A stretch of 64,000 nucleotides of DNA from Eledone cirrhosa. Taxonomy: Eukaryota. Of the stretch, positions 39,635-51,569 are shown piece after piece. The notes below the pieces were generated by a model that did no database searches, had not been told where the DNA came from, and saw nothing but the letters and a program-made list of their open reading frames with translations. Every line of letters begins with the position of its first letter. Position 1 is the first letter of the stretch. The stretch spans positions 185,194,001-185,258,000 of the forward strand of contig OZ024743.1 of assembly GCA_964016885.1 (NCBI GenBank), given 5' to 3'. A program made the position numbers and the translations under genes.

Positions 39635-40235
39635 TCATATGTCCATACCAGCACAGCCTTCTCTCTTGCACATTACATCTGATTCTTCTTATATCCAGTT
39701 TTTCTCTCAGCTTATTCATGCCTTGTCATTCATGCACACTAATATTACACATCCATTGGAGCATACTTGCTTCATTTCTTTCTAGCCTTCGCAGGTCTTC
39801 TACAGTCAGGATCATGTCTCCCAACATTGCAGTTTGCATGCAAGCATCATAGTTTACACTTCACTTTGAGAGAGTAATCCTTTCTTGTCAGCAAAAGTAC
39901 CAGCTCCCTAAACTTCTTCCAGTCCATTCTTACCTTGGCTATCACACTTTCAGAGCATCATCCACAACTGTTGATTAGGTCCCTTAGGTAACAATAGCTG
40001 TCTACAACTTCTTTAGAGCATCCCTGGAAATTGAAGGAATCTATTTCATGTGTGCTCTTAATGCCTACTTATCCTGTCCATCTGCCACACACACAAAGTC
40101 TATCTTCTTCATTAATCTGCCTGAAATCCTACTACATTTCATGCATCTACACTGTGTGCACCTTATGGAGTTTCTGTCCAGCTCTTTTTAACATTGGACA
40201 AAGCCACTTCCCTAATGGTATCAGCTTCCTGTCTG
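39635..40235 (-). mobile_element. RTE LINE fragment
   Basis: Homologous to ~57000-57600 (e.g. LIPLGKWLC, YCYLRDLI). Confidence 0.7.
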
Positions 40236-41441
40236 GTGTGACATTTGCACTAGGATGATCATCATTGTGTCTCTTTAGCCAGACAGAGAAAGATCGTGAT
40301 GGGAGTGAGGAAGGGGGATATGAGCATGGCAGAAATGGCACTGTAGGAGCAGCTGCAGTTTGCAGAGAGAACCATTACTCTGGGAGGAGAGTTAGATCAA
40401 ATGTCATGTCATCATGGGGGTGGCTTGAAAAGGCCATCACTTAGGGAGAGGACCAAGAGTGAAAACCAGAACAGGTTGGAGAGGTGTTACTGGTAGCTCA
40501 GGAGGGGTGGGTTTACAGACAAGGCCAAAATGCTCTTTGTTGGGGAAGCATCATAATTTAGATAGCAAAGGTAATGTGATATTCTGACTTAGATTTCTGT
40601 TGTTCTTCCAGATACTTGATATGCTGTGTTTATATTATGGTGCCCTTTTCTATATGGACTATAGTCACTTGATAATTATCTGTTAGAAGTCAATACATTT
40701 TGGGTAGGTAGGGAGGTTGATAAATGAAGGGAGTTCTATAAACCAGATAAACAATAGCAAGTGGAGACATAGGTAGCTGGTGGCATGGAGTGATGTAGAG
40801 GAAGATAGAGATGAAGGAGTGAAATTATGATAGACAGTTGGGAGGGGTGTTGAAGGAAGACAGATGGCTGGGTGATATCTACCAGTTTGTGTGTTGGGCC
40901 TCCTTCGGTTCTGATGTCTGTCTATCTATCTATCTATTTAAATAGCAATCATTCTGCTTTTGGGTCAGTGCCAATATGGTTGCCTATCTATCTACCTTTC
41001 TATATCAATCTGTCCATGGTTGCCTATCTCCAGCCCAAGTCATCACAAATACCAATAATCACAACCACCCTAATTCAAAGGTACCCTTCCTCCCTCTTCA
41101 CCATGTATACTGACCATCAACACCACTACCCTTCCACCGCCACCTCCTTCACTATACATATTATCACCATCACTTCTTTCACCATACCTACTGACTATCA
41201 TAACCATCTCTACCACCTTAGTCATATGAACCTCTAATGGCTTCTTTTTCACCTTCCTCCTTGACGGAATTGACCAATATTATCTGACTTTCCTGATGAT
41301 TTCAAACGAATGAAAGTTTTAATCTGAAATAAATGATGTACCTTCTCTATTTAATGTATTGAGTACCTTATTTAACAGTGGTCTCTTTCCGTTCTACGGA
41401 AAACCATTCTTTATGTATATATATATGTGTATATATATATA

Positions 41442-41494
<53 letters not shown>

Positions 41495-41514
41495 ATATAT
41501 ATATAAGGATCGAT

Positions 41515-41705
41515 CGACTTTCGTCAAATCGGACCGAGGAAACAATGTTTCCGTTGGTCTTTCCAGTTGCTAATACTATCTATCGGTCGCAACTCCAGGT
41601 AGAAGGAGCAACGTGAAATAAAGTGTCTTGCTCAAGGACATAACGCATCGCCCGGTCCAGGAATCGAACTCACAACCTCAACATTGTGAATCCAATTCTC
41701 TAACC
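41515..41705 (-). mobile_element. tRNA-derived CORE-like SINE with a different tail
   Basis: Minus-strand gagttcgattcc B box and ccttgagcaagacacttt. Related copies at ~38035-38190 and ~25275-25460. Confidence 0.65.
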
Positions 41706-43207
41706 TTCAATATATATATATATATATATATAATATATATATATATATATAATATATATATATATATAATATATATATATAACGAAGGAAATGTGGTAAG
41801 GAACCAGGTGGACCATAACGCACCAAAGTACTCAATACTTAGGGTAGTAGAGTGGGTAATAGGAACGAGTCCGACTCGTTCCTATATATATATATGTGTG
41901 TGTGTGTGTGTATTTGTCGCCACTAGTGAGTTCGTTACTTCAATGAGAATAGTTTTAGTGTTCCAAAGAAGACGGCCTAACATAAAAGACACTATAAATT
42001 ATAGAAAAATATTTCTAAAATGAGATCGGGAGAAAATCATGAGTGAAAAGATAGACTTAATTGATAAAAAATGTTATTGGGAAGATGAAGTAAGTTAATT
42101 TAGTGAGAAACTGACGGGAGATGAGATATATGTGAAAAACTGAAGTAGATAGACTGAGTGAGCAAGCATGCGGGAAGAAAAATAAGATAAGAAAGGATGA
42201 AACTAAAAGAAAATGTTTGTGATTTTTTAATTGTAAGGGTTGTTGATAAGTTTGGTTAGAATTTTGAAGGTGAAATTTGTACTGAAATTTTTTTTAGAGT
42301 GTTTTGAACGAACAAGGCCTTTAAAAACCATCGTTAATTACTCGTTTTCTGTGGTTCCTCTACCCGAAAACTCCATAATATCCGCCATGGAGACAAGTGT
42401 TAGTTATAATACAAATTTACTGAAAATTTGTGTAAGATGAAAAAGAAAGAGAATTGCAAGCAATTGCGTGTAGCGAAAGATAGGGAGAAAAGGTGAAGTA
42501 TGGAAAGAACGAGCGGGAAAATGAGAAAGTGATAAATAACTTAAGTATAATTAATTGATACGTGACGATGGTTAAGCAGAATATTAGAAAGACAAACATG
42601 TTTTAAAGGATATATAACTGAATAATTAGTTAAAAGATGAGGGGGAATGTATGAAAGTGAAAGTGCATGATTTAGATTAGATGTAAAAAGAAAAATGAAA
42701 AAAGCCGGCATGAGTGTAGCGAAAAATAAAAGAGAAAATAGCGAACAGCTTCCCTTGCGGCTAAACTATCAGGATGAATGAGTCTTAATCGTTTGCCTGC
42801 ATCCTTCCATACTGTCACTGCAAAAACATAAACCATCTAAGTCGGCAGCTGCGGAGGTTATTGTTACAAGCAGTAGGAGCTGGGCTGCAACATACTTTTA
42901 ACGTATATTACCAACACACCTATACACACACATATATACTACTAACACACCTATACACACATGCATACTACTAACACACCTACATACTACTAACACACCT
43001 ACATACTACTAACACACCTATACACACTCACGCACACTCGCCCACAGACACTCTTACATACACATAGACTCATCACAGTTTCAAGACTCTTCTCCTGTGC
43101 AGCACACGTATGTTTTTTTACTCATTCGCCTGATTACGCTATTTCCATTCAGCAATTCTGCTAAGTAGTTTATCATTTCTTAAATTCACCAACCTCGCCA
43201 AAACTAA

Positions 43208-44461
43208 ATGGTAACAGCTATTCCAGAAGTTGGTAGTGGTGGCTGCGGTACTTCTTCCATGGATGATGACAAACAGAGGCGACCTCAACATGACGATGTC
43301 GACAACCAGATGTACAACGAAGCGAGGAAACGAGAAGTCGAAAGTTCGATTACCAGTGATTCCGCCGCCACATCGACCAACTCAAACGGTAAGGATGCGA
43401 TTCCTTACCACAAACAATCTCCTGAGGTGAGAATGGAAGCTTTTGCAAAAGATAAACTGCCATCAATTGTTGAAATCAAACGGAAATTACCAAAGCATTG
43501 CTTCGAACCGGTTCTGTCTCTTTCGTTTTATTACGTTTTCAGAGACATGGCTATCCTCTATATTCTTTACTATTCTACTGACTTGTCCTACCATTTCCTT
43601 CCTTCTTGGATATTTTGGTTAGGCGTTACACCACTCTACTGGTTAGTTCAGGGAACCGTGCTGTTCGGTGTATTCGTTCTGGGACACGACTGTGGTCACG
43701 GTTCGTTTTCCAGGAGTCAGATGTTAAATGACTTTGTAGGAACATTGTTACATACCATTCTTTTAGTTCCTTACTATGCATGGAAACTATCGCACAAGAA
43801 CCATCACAAAAACACGGGTAACTTCGAAAAAGATGAAGTTTTTTATCCGATTGAAGACTCAGAGAAGAAAGACAGGGTTTTAATACCCGGCTTTGGACTC
43901 GGTTTTGGCTGGTTTATATATTTATTTGAAGGTTATCGGCCCAGGCGCGTTTTTCATTTCAACCCTTTCGAAACCTTATTCAAAAAGCATGTTACTGCTA
44001 TTTGTATATCTATTTCAACCATTGGTGGATGGTTGATATGTTTGTATTGCTATTACATACGACGAGGATTTTGTGATGTAATTTATTTCTATTTCGTCCC
44101 TATTTTCGTGTATGCTTCTTGGCTAGTTATCTGTACATTCCTGCATCACAACGACTCAGGTATTCCATGGTATAAGAGCGAAGAATGGACGTATGTTCGC
44201 GGTCAGCTTTCTAGTGTTGACCGTGACTACGGCTGGGCACATGATCTCACCCATTCTATAGACACTCACCAAGTACATCACCTATTTCCTGCGATGCCCC
44301 ATTACTACCTGGATGAAGCGACCAAATACTTTCGGGAGGCTTTCCCTCAGCTGGTCCGAATCAACAACGAACGAATAATTCCGACCTTCATCAGTACTTA
44401 CACAAAGTTCGTCCGTTCCTCTTATGTCAATAAGGATTCCTTAATACACTGGTATAAATAG
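43208..44461 (+). CDS. Methyl-end (omega-x; delta12/omega3-type) fatty acid desaturase, uninterrupted 417-aa CDS
   Basis: Three histidine boxes HDCGH, HKNHH and HQVHH, plus family motifs VLGHDCGHGSFS, VPY..WKLSH..HH..TGN, TFLHH, RGQLSSVDRDYG and HHLFP.MPHY.L.EAT. Hydrophobic segments present; no N-terminal cytochrome b5 HPGG motif. Confidence 0.96.
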   Translation: MVTAIPEVGSGGCGTSSMDDDKQRRPQHDDVDNQMYNEARKREVESSITSDSAATSTNSNGKDAIPYHKQSPEVRMEAFAKDKLPSIVEIKRKLPKHCFEPVLSLSFYYVFRDMAILYILYYSTDLSYHFLPSWIFWLGVTPLYWLVQGTVLFGVFVLGHDCGHGSFSRSQMLNDFVGTLLHTILLVPYYAWKLSHKNHHKNTGNFEKDEVFYPIEDSEKKDRVLIPGFGLGFGWFIYLFEGYRPRRVFHFNPFETLFKKHVTAICISISTIGGWLICLYCYYIRRGFCDVIYFYFVPIFVYASWLVICTFLHHNDSGIPWYKSEEWTYVRGQLSSVDRDYGWAHDLTHSIDTHQVHHLFPAMPHYYLDEATKYFREAFPQLVRINNERIIPTFISTYTKFVRSSYVNKDSLIHWYK

Positions 44462-44740
44462 AAGCACAAACCATTGTAATTACAGCAACCATTAATCTAT
44501 AATCGATTTCAAAATAATAACGTTTGTTATATACACCACACTCACATGCGCATACATACACGCAAACATGCATACATACATTCACACACACACACATGTT
44601 TAAATGTAAATATGTATGCAGGGGCTATATATGTGTATATATCATGTATATAGAAATATATTTGTATATAAAAGCATGTATTCAGGTATATATATAAACA
44701 TCTTTGTATATAAATGAGTATATACATATATGATGTATGT

Positions 44741-44960
44741 GTGTATGTATCTACATAGACACACAGACGCGTGCGTGCACGCTCGCTCACACATACATAC
44801 ATAATTGTATATTGTGTATGTATCTACATAGACACACAGACGCGTGCGTGCACGCTCGCTCACACATACATACATAATTGTATATTGTGTATGTATCTAC
44901 ATAGACACACAGACGCGTGCGTGTGCACGCTCGCTCACACATACATACATAATTGTATAC
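44741..44960. repeat. 73-bp minisatellite, three copies, downstream of the desaturase
   Basis: ctacatagacacacagacgcgtgcgtg at 44751, 44824 and 44897. Confidence 0.9.
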
Positions 44961-45461
44961 ACATAAAATATCTTTTATTTACATTTTCTGAATTGAAAGT
45001 TGAAATGACAAAACTGAAACAAAAAATAGAATCAGGGAAATGTGACCAACAATGAATCTATCTTGAATGACGTGAATCTGGAGGAAAATATGGATATGTA
45101 CTGAATTGTAAGAGAAACCCAATTGTCAAGTCACAGCTAATCAACACACTTTCCTGGGCAACAGGTAACCTTACTCCAGAGGTAAATAACCACAGAAGAA
45201 ATGATTAGAACATTATATATATATATGTATATATAATTATATGTATATATATATATATATATATGAAGTAATTCCGAGTGTGTGTGTATGTGTATACATG
45301 CCTGTATGTGTGTAAATATATACATACATAACCAAATATTTAGTGAAGTTCTTGTTACCAATTTCAACTTTCACATTATTTTTAATTTTTAATATATAAA
45401 CATGATTGCACTATTAAGAATGTGTATTTCTTTCTCCCTCTCTCTCTTTCTCTGTATATAT

Positions 45462-45590
45462 ATCAATAATATTAATAAATGGAAACTATCTTTATAAAAC
45501 CATATTTATTTTATATATATTTCAAGGTTACTAGTATTTTGGTACGCTCTCATCAGATGAAATACAAAAATTGGTTTACAGATAGTGACA
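45462..45590 (-). mobile_element. Single arm of the HHR-bearing PLE-type family
   Basis: Same sequence family as the arms at 45845-46150, with minus-strand CTGATGA...GAAA at ~45508-45564. Confidence 0.65.
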
Positions 45591-45844
45591 TATCTACAAT
45601 AACTCATTGTTTATATATATATATATTATTTTCCCATATCTTACGTTAAATATTTTCCATCTTGACGTTATAGTCACTTATATATTATGAAATACTATTG
45701 GCTTCTTGCTCACATTAATTTCTCTATTTTCATGTATATATATATATATAAAGTAGAAGAGATATTTAATTTGTTGGAAATTCAACAAATATAAATGTTT
45801 ATAACTGATTCAGAGCACTCGACAGATTTCTGGAGTAAATATTC

Positions 45845-46150
45845 AATGATATTAAATAAATGGAAACTATATTTATAAAACCATATTTATTCTATTATAT
45901 ATATTTCAAGGGTACCAAAAACCTTGGTACGCTATCATCAGATAAAATACAAAGTGTGTTTTATAAATGTTGACATAGCCAAGGAAACACTATCCAAGGG
46001 AAATTCAACTGATAAGGTATGTTTCCTTGGCTATGTCAAAATTTATAAAACACACTTTGTATTTTATCTGATGAAAGCGTACCAAAGTTTGTGGTACCCT
46101 TGAAATATATATAATAGAATAAATATAGTTTCCATTTATTTAATATCATT
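45845..46150. mobile_element. Palindromic element with outward-reading HHRs (minus 45889-45948, plus 46061-46120)
   Basis: Arms 45845-45989 and 46020-46150. The plus HHR reads attttat-CTGATGA-aagcgtacca-aagtttg-tggtaccctt-GAAA-tatata-TA-atagaat. Confidence 0.8.
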
Positions 46151-47281
46151 TAAAGTTATATTGAGGATAGATGAACTTCATAACATATATATATTGTTAT
46201 ACTTGCGGAGGGTCATATTGTTATAATATTGCCAGAAATAATAACAGAACATTATTATTTCTGGCAATATTATAACAATATTTGTTTCGACACACGATTT
46301 CATATTAAAAAAACCTTGCAAAACAAATATATATGTGTGTGTGTGTGTAATATATATATGTAATATAAATGTTATATATATGTAATAATGATAATAATTT
46401 AATAATGTTATTTTAATATATATATATGTATATGTATGTATGTATCAACATATCAGGTGATGCCCACGAGGGTACTTGATTATTCTGGCATCTTAGCCTC
46501 GCTATCACCTGCGGCAAAGCTGCGAATTTATTGGCTTGCCTCAAAGATTATTAGAGGTAAACACGAGCATCTGCTGTAGCATATCTCCACCTAATTTACA
46601 TTTAAATACATACACAAATATGTTACGATGTATACATTCATATTTAATTACATAATAAACAACACAATATTATTCCATTACCAATTATATTGTGTTGTTT
46701 ATTATGTAATTAAATACCTCTGTACTATACATAGAGCACTTCTTTCCTTTACCTTTTCTACGGAAATACTTAACACATACATGGAACGGATAAAAATGAG
46801 GGGGGAAAACACGTGCGTATTCAGGCACCTACTTTGTACGCGTGTGTGTGTGTGTATATATATATATATACATACACACACACACAAAATTTCTGTGTAC
46901 CTGCGGTTAAACAAAATGTGTATATAGGTGAGTGTATACGTGTATGCATATACATATTTATGTACACACACACACAGATAGAGGGAGAGGGGGGATTCAG
47001 TTCGAATATGGCAATACCGTAGGTCAACCAAAACGGAGAGGGCCACCCATTTGGGATTTTACTCATTCCTATACCAACTCTGTAACTAAAAATGCATCGA
47101 GTACTTCCCTGGTCTCTGGTTTAACGAAGAGGACTGGAAAAACTCAGAGTTAAATAAGGTACACAGTACATTAGTAGAGAAGAACCATATTTATTTTATA
47201 TAGAAATGACTTCTACAGCACTAGAACTGTTTCATCAGGATTGATGATTTCGTACGAATGAAACAGTTCTAGTAATATATG

Positions 47282-47507
47282 TATCAATAATATTAATAAA
47301 TGGAAAATATCTTTATAAAACCATATTTATTTTATACGTATTTCAAGGGTACTAATATTTAAGTACGCTTTTGTCAGATAAAATATAATAATTGGTGTTA
47401 TATTTTATCTGACGAAAACGTACTTAAATATTAGTACCCTTGAAATACGTATATTAAAATAAATATGGTTTTATAAAGATATTTTCCATTTATTAATATT
47501 ATTGATA
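47282..47507. mobile_element. Palindromic element with HHR motifs in both arms
   Basis: Arms 47282-47388 and 47398-47507 with a 9-nt spacer. The plus core is CTGACGA at 47409; the minus core is mutated to CTGACAA. The right arm extends unpaired to (TA)n at ~47595. Confidence 0.75.
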
Positions 47508-47592
47508 TTAATGATACTCCAGATAAATACAGTTGAGTGCTTCTAATCTGTTGTAAAATTAACATTGTTGAATAATCAAACAACTCATTGTT

Positions 47593-47632
<40 letters not shown>

Positions 47633-48407
47633 AAAAAGGAACATTAAATCAAATTGTTTAGAACTACAAGTGAAGTCATTCTTTTCCTTTTTTCAAATAT
47701 ACCTAACTGTACCAAGGATTTCATACATTTTCCAATATCATCATCATCATTTCATTTCATTTTACGTCCACTTTTCCCTGCTTGCAAGGGTGGGACGGGA
47801 ACTGATTCTGGCTTGATTTCTACAGCTGGATGCCCTTCCTAACACCAACCTCATTTATATAAAGAACAGTTTTCCAAAGAGGAACAGTGAAAAACCACAG
47901 TTAAATAAAGTACTCAATACATTAGTAAAGAATGTGTATATATATTTCTTATAGAAATGACTTCTAGACTTGTTTCATTCATTTGAAATCACCAACAAAT
48001 GAAACCGTTCTAACTCTATAGAAGTATTTTCTATATGAAATGTGTATACATGTGTGCATGTGTATTAAGCTGAATGGGTTTCCGCAAAGGAATAATAATC
48101 AAAGTAAGGTACTCAATACATTAGTAGAGAAGAACCATTTTTATTTTATATAGAGGGTAATATATTTTTTGAGGGACGACTTTTATATAACTAGTGTAAA
48201 AGTCATATATATATATATATACACACCTTAGGCAACAAATGCTTTTTAACAATTTGCAGTTTCATTCTTTTTAATTCGTAATTTTTAATATATATTTTTC
48301 TGTTTGTGTGCATATGTATATATGTATGCATGTGTATATATATATATATATGTGTGTGTGTGTATCTATATATACATATAGATACACACACATATATATA
48401 TGTATTA

Positions 48408-50070
48408 GACTATAACAATAGACTACCTGTATTAGACACAGAACTCTTGATTAACACTATAGACAAGAGGACCCAAATTCTCCACTCACACTACGCTAAA
48501 CCCATGGCCTCCAAATACCTGATACTCAAAAACTCAGCAATGTCCAGTAGTGCTAAGTTTAATATTCTGATCGCAGACTTGGTACGAGTGATGAAGAACG
48601 TGTCCCGCATGTGTAACCCAACAGAAATGGAAAGACACATCCAACACTTCGTCAACCGCATGCAGTTCTCTGGCTACAACCAAAGAGACAGAATCAGAGT
48701 ATACAAAGGAGCCACGGAGAAGTATAAGACCCTCATAGAACTGAACATGAAAGGAATTTGCCCATTATACAGGAGTAAATCATGGAATAGCTTAGTTGGA
48801 ACTAAACATAAGATAGGGAAAGCCACCTCATGGTACGAAAACCAGAGATACCAGAGTGTCATGTTTATGGATGCTACCCCTGGAGAGAAATTAGCTAACC
48901 AATGTAGAAAGACCCACTTAAAGATTAAAGTGGTAGAAAAGCCAGGAACTACCATAAAATCCCTGATCAGCAAAACCTACCCTTTTAAGAAAACCCACTG
49001 TACTAATAAGAAATGTGTTATATGTAAAGTAAACCCCCAGATAAACTGTAAAACTAGAAATGTAGTCTATAGCATAAGATGTACAGAGGGTACTTGCAGA
49101 AACATGACAACAACATACATGGGTGAGACAGCTCGAAGCATATGAGAAAGAATAGACCAACACTGGGGGGAATTAAAAGGACAAAAAAACGGTTCAGTAC
49201 TATACGAACACGCTAGGCAACAACATGACGGTAACATAGACAACATAGAAATTAAAATAATATCTAAACATAGAAATGACCCAACAGGTAGGCAAATCAG
49301 AGAAGCAGGCGAAATAGAGCTTAGAAAGCCAAAGCTAAACAGAAAAAAATGAATGGAATAACAACACCCAAACAAACAATACTGACTTAAGAGAAATATA
49401 AATAAATAAATATATACACAAGCACAATAACAACAAACATATAAACACACACTAATAAACTAAGATAGAATACAATAACCCAAACGCGAACACACACACC
49501 AAACACTATATGCAAACGCATGTGCAGAGACGAAGACAAAAATAAATAGATAAAATGAAAATGGCGTAGACATACAATCCAATAGCAGGAAACATAATAG
49601 TACCACTGATGATGTTGCAGATGTGCAACGAAAGAACTTTGTTAGACTATATATATGTATTTATATCTGTATTTTTGACAGTTGGTCAATCAATTATAAA
49701 CATTGATAGCCAAATGAATTAACTATGGAGATATAAAAGATGCAGAAGCGAAAACCAACCAAACAGTGAGTGTGTTCTGTTATTATTTCTGGCAATATTA
49801 GGACGGTGGATTGGCAGTATCGGTAGAGGGTCGAACGCCATGCTTTTCAGCAAAGAGTTACGGCCCTTTACGGACTGAGTTCAAATCCCGCCGAGGTTAA
49901 CTTTGCCTTTCATCTTTACGGGGTTGATAAAATAAAGTACCAGTCACACACTGGGGTCGATTTAATCGACTTTCCCCTCTTTAAAATTGCTGGCCTTGTG
50001 CCTATATAAGAAACCATTATTTCTGGCAATATTATTACAATATGACCCTCCCCAAGTATAACAACATATA
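48408..50070 (+). mobile_element. 5'-truncated Penelope-like element: RT C-terminus, GIY-YIG endonuclease, 3' region with degenerate HHR; interrupted by a SINE
   Basis: RLPVLD...HYAKPMAS...RMQFSGY...C....C..C...CKTRNVVYSIRC...YMGETARS. The frame continues past TGA 49143 (QH...SVLYEH...RQIREA..I....LNRK). CTGATGA-t-gttgca-gatg-tgcaac-GAAA at ~49606-49633. Flanked by TA-rich microsatellite. Confidence 0.85.
49801..50020 (+). mobile_element. Meta-like SINE (long variant) with 19-bp TSD
   Basis: TSD attatttctggcaatatta at 49782-49800 and 50016-50034. Confidence 0.9.
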
Positions 50071-50136
50071 TATATGTGTGTGTGTGTATATCTATATATA
50101 TATACGTGTATGTGTGTGTGCGTATATATATATATA

Positions 50137-50321
50137 TAATTGTTTCTACTTTTGGCACAAGGCCAGCAATTACCCAGTACATTACTGGTACTTTATTTTA
50201 TCGACCCCGTAAGGATGAAAGGCAAAGTTAACCTCGGTGGGATTTGAACTCAGACCACAAAGGGCCGTAACTCTTTGCTGCAAAGCATGGCGTCCGACCC
50301 TCTACCGATACTGCCAATCCA
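50137..50321 (-). mobile_element. Meta-like SINE
   Basis: Matches the family consensus. Further copies at ~51803-51996 (+), ~53910-54115 (-), ~55757-55945 (-), ~59141-59322 (-) and ~60850-61082 (-). Confidence 0.85.
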
Positions 50322-51533
50322 TGTTTAGAATTTTGTGTTTCTCAAGAAGCAAGCTCAATAGACTTTTAGAGCCATATATATATATATGTGTGTGTCTGCG
50401 TCTTTTCCTTCAGTTCATTTTAGCCATTACGTTGTGTCCCCATCTTAGAATGTAAGAAGTTAAGGAAGGACTGAAACACTTCTTTGCGGAGAGTTTCTTC
50501 TTTGAAGACCTTCAGTCCAGCTCTCCTGAGAGTTTCTTATCACCAAAACCTTCAATTTTTGCTTTTGATATATTTTTTTTTAAATCAGTTCTCATTTTTC
50601 AATGTAACACATACGTTATTGATAGTGCATTGAATTATTAACATTCTGAGTTCAGATCCCGCAGAGGACAACTTTGCCTTTCACCCTTCTGGGGTCAATA
50701 AAATAAAGTACTGGTCAAGTTCTAGGATCAATTTAATTGTCCCTTAAATTTCCTGATCTTGTGCCTAAATTAGAAACCATTATCGTTATTCTTTTTTTTT
50801 TTTAGGAGTTTGATAAAGGAAATTTTATTATCACCAAAAATATCATAATTAATTATACTTATGTGTTTATATTTTCATTCTATAAGAAGTATTAAGTATT
50901 GTATATATTATATAGAAACAATTATTTGTAGGCGGCGAATTGGCAGAGTTGTTAGAACGTCGACTCTGCTCTTTCAGTTCATATCCCATTCGAGGTCGAT
51001 AAAAAAAAGTACCAGTTTAGTACTGGGGTCGATTTTTCTTCTACATTGCTCTTACTTCCATTCTTTCACTCTCTTTGTCCTTCTCTGGAAGACATCTGCT
51101 GTGATCAGACCTAGGGAGGATTGGGCTCCGCCAGGTTTTAAAATGCTCTAGAAACGTATGTCAATACTGCACCCCTACGACTCCACCAGGAGTTAAGGGA
51201 CCATACCATATTATCTGTATCAATATTTTCTTTCTGTAAGCATTATATTATATTCATAATGATGATATCTTTGGGTAATAAAATTTGCATTACCATTCTT
51301 ATGGCGAAATTAGGAATATTTTGGCTGTTTAGTTTTGGGTTCAAATCTTCTGAGGTCGGGAGATCAAAGAAGTATTGTTTGAGTAAATATATGAGTACAT
51401 GTATGTTTACACACACACACACACACACACATACATACAAATATATGTAAAAGGTTAACAGAAATAACAAAACAAACGGCACAGTACATGGAAGAAAGAT
51501 ATTAGTTTAATGCTTGAAATAGCAGGAAGGAAG

Positions 51534-51569
51534 TCTTAACGTTTCGGACACTAGTCCTTCATCAGAAGA
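51534..51569 (-). ncRNA. Minimal type I hammerhead ribozyme
   Basis: Minus strand reads tctt-CTGATGA-a-ggac-tagt-gtcc-GAAA-CG-TT-aaga, with the palindromic AACGTT stem III typical of PLE minimal HHRs. Confidence 0.8.

Noticed and set aside
43208-44461. Bacterial or algal contamination as the source of the desaturase
   Set aside because: The ORF is contiguous with the same microsatellites, SINEs and HHR repeats as the rest of the window, and there is no operon context.
49143-49145. In-frame TGA in the PLE endonuclease as a possible selenocysteine codon
   Set aside because: It falls right after GETARSI, which is not a Cys position. The copy is truncated and has a further frameshift near 49350, so a nonsense mutation is simpler.
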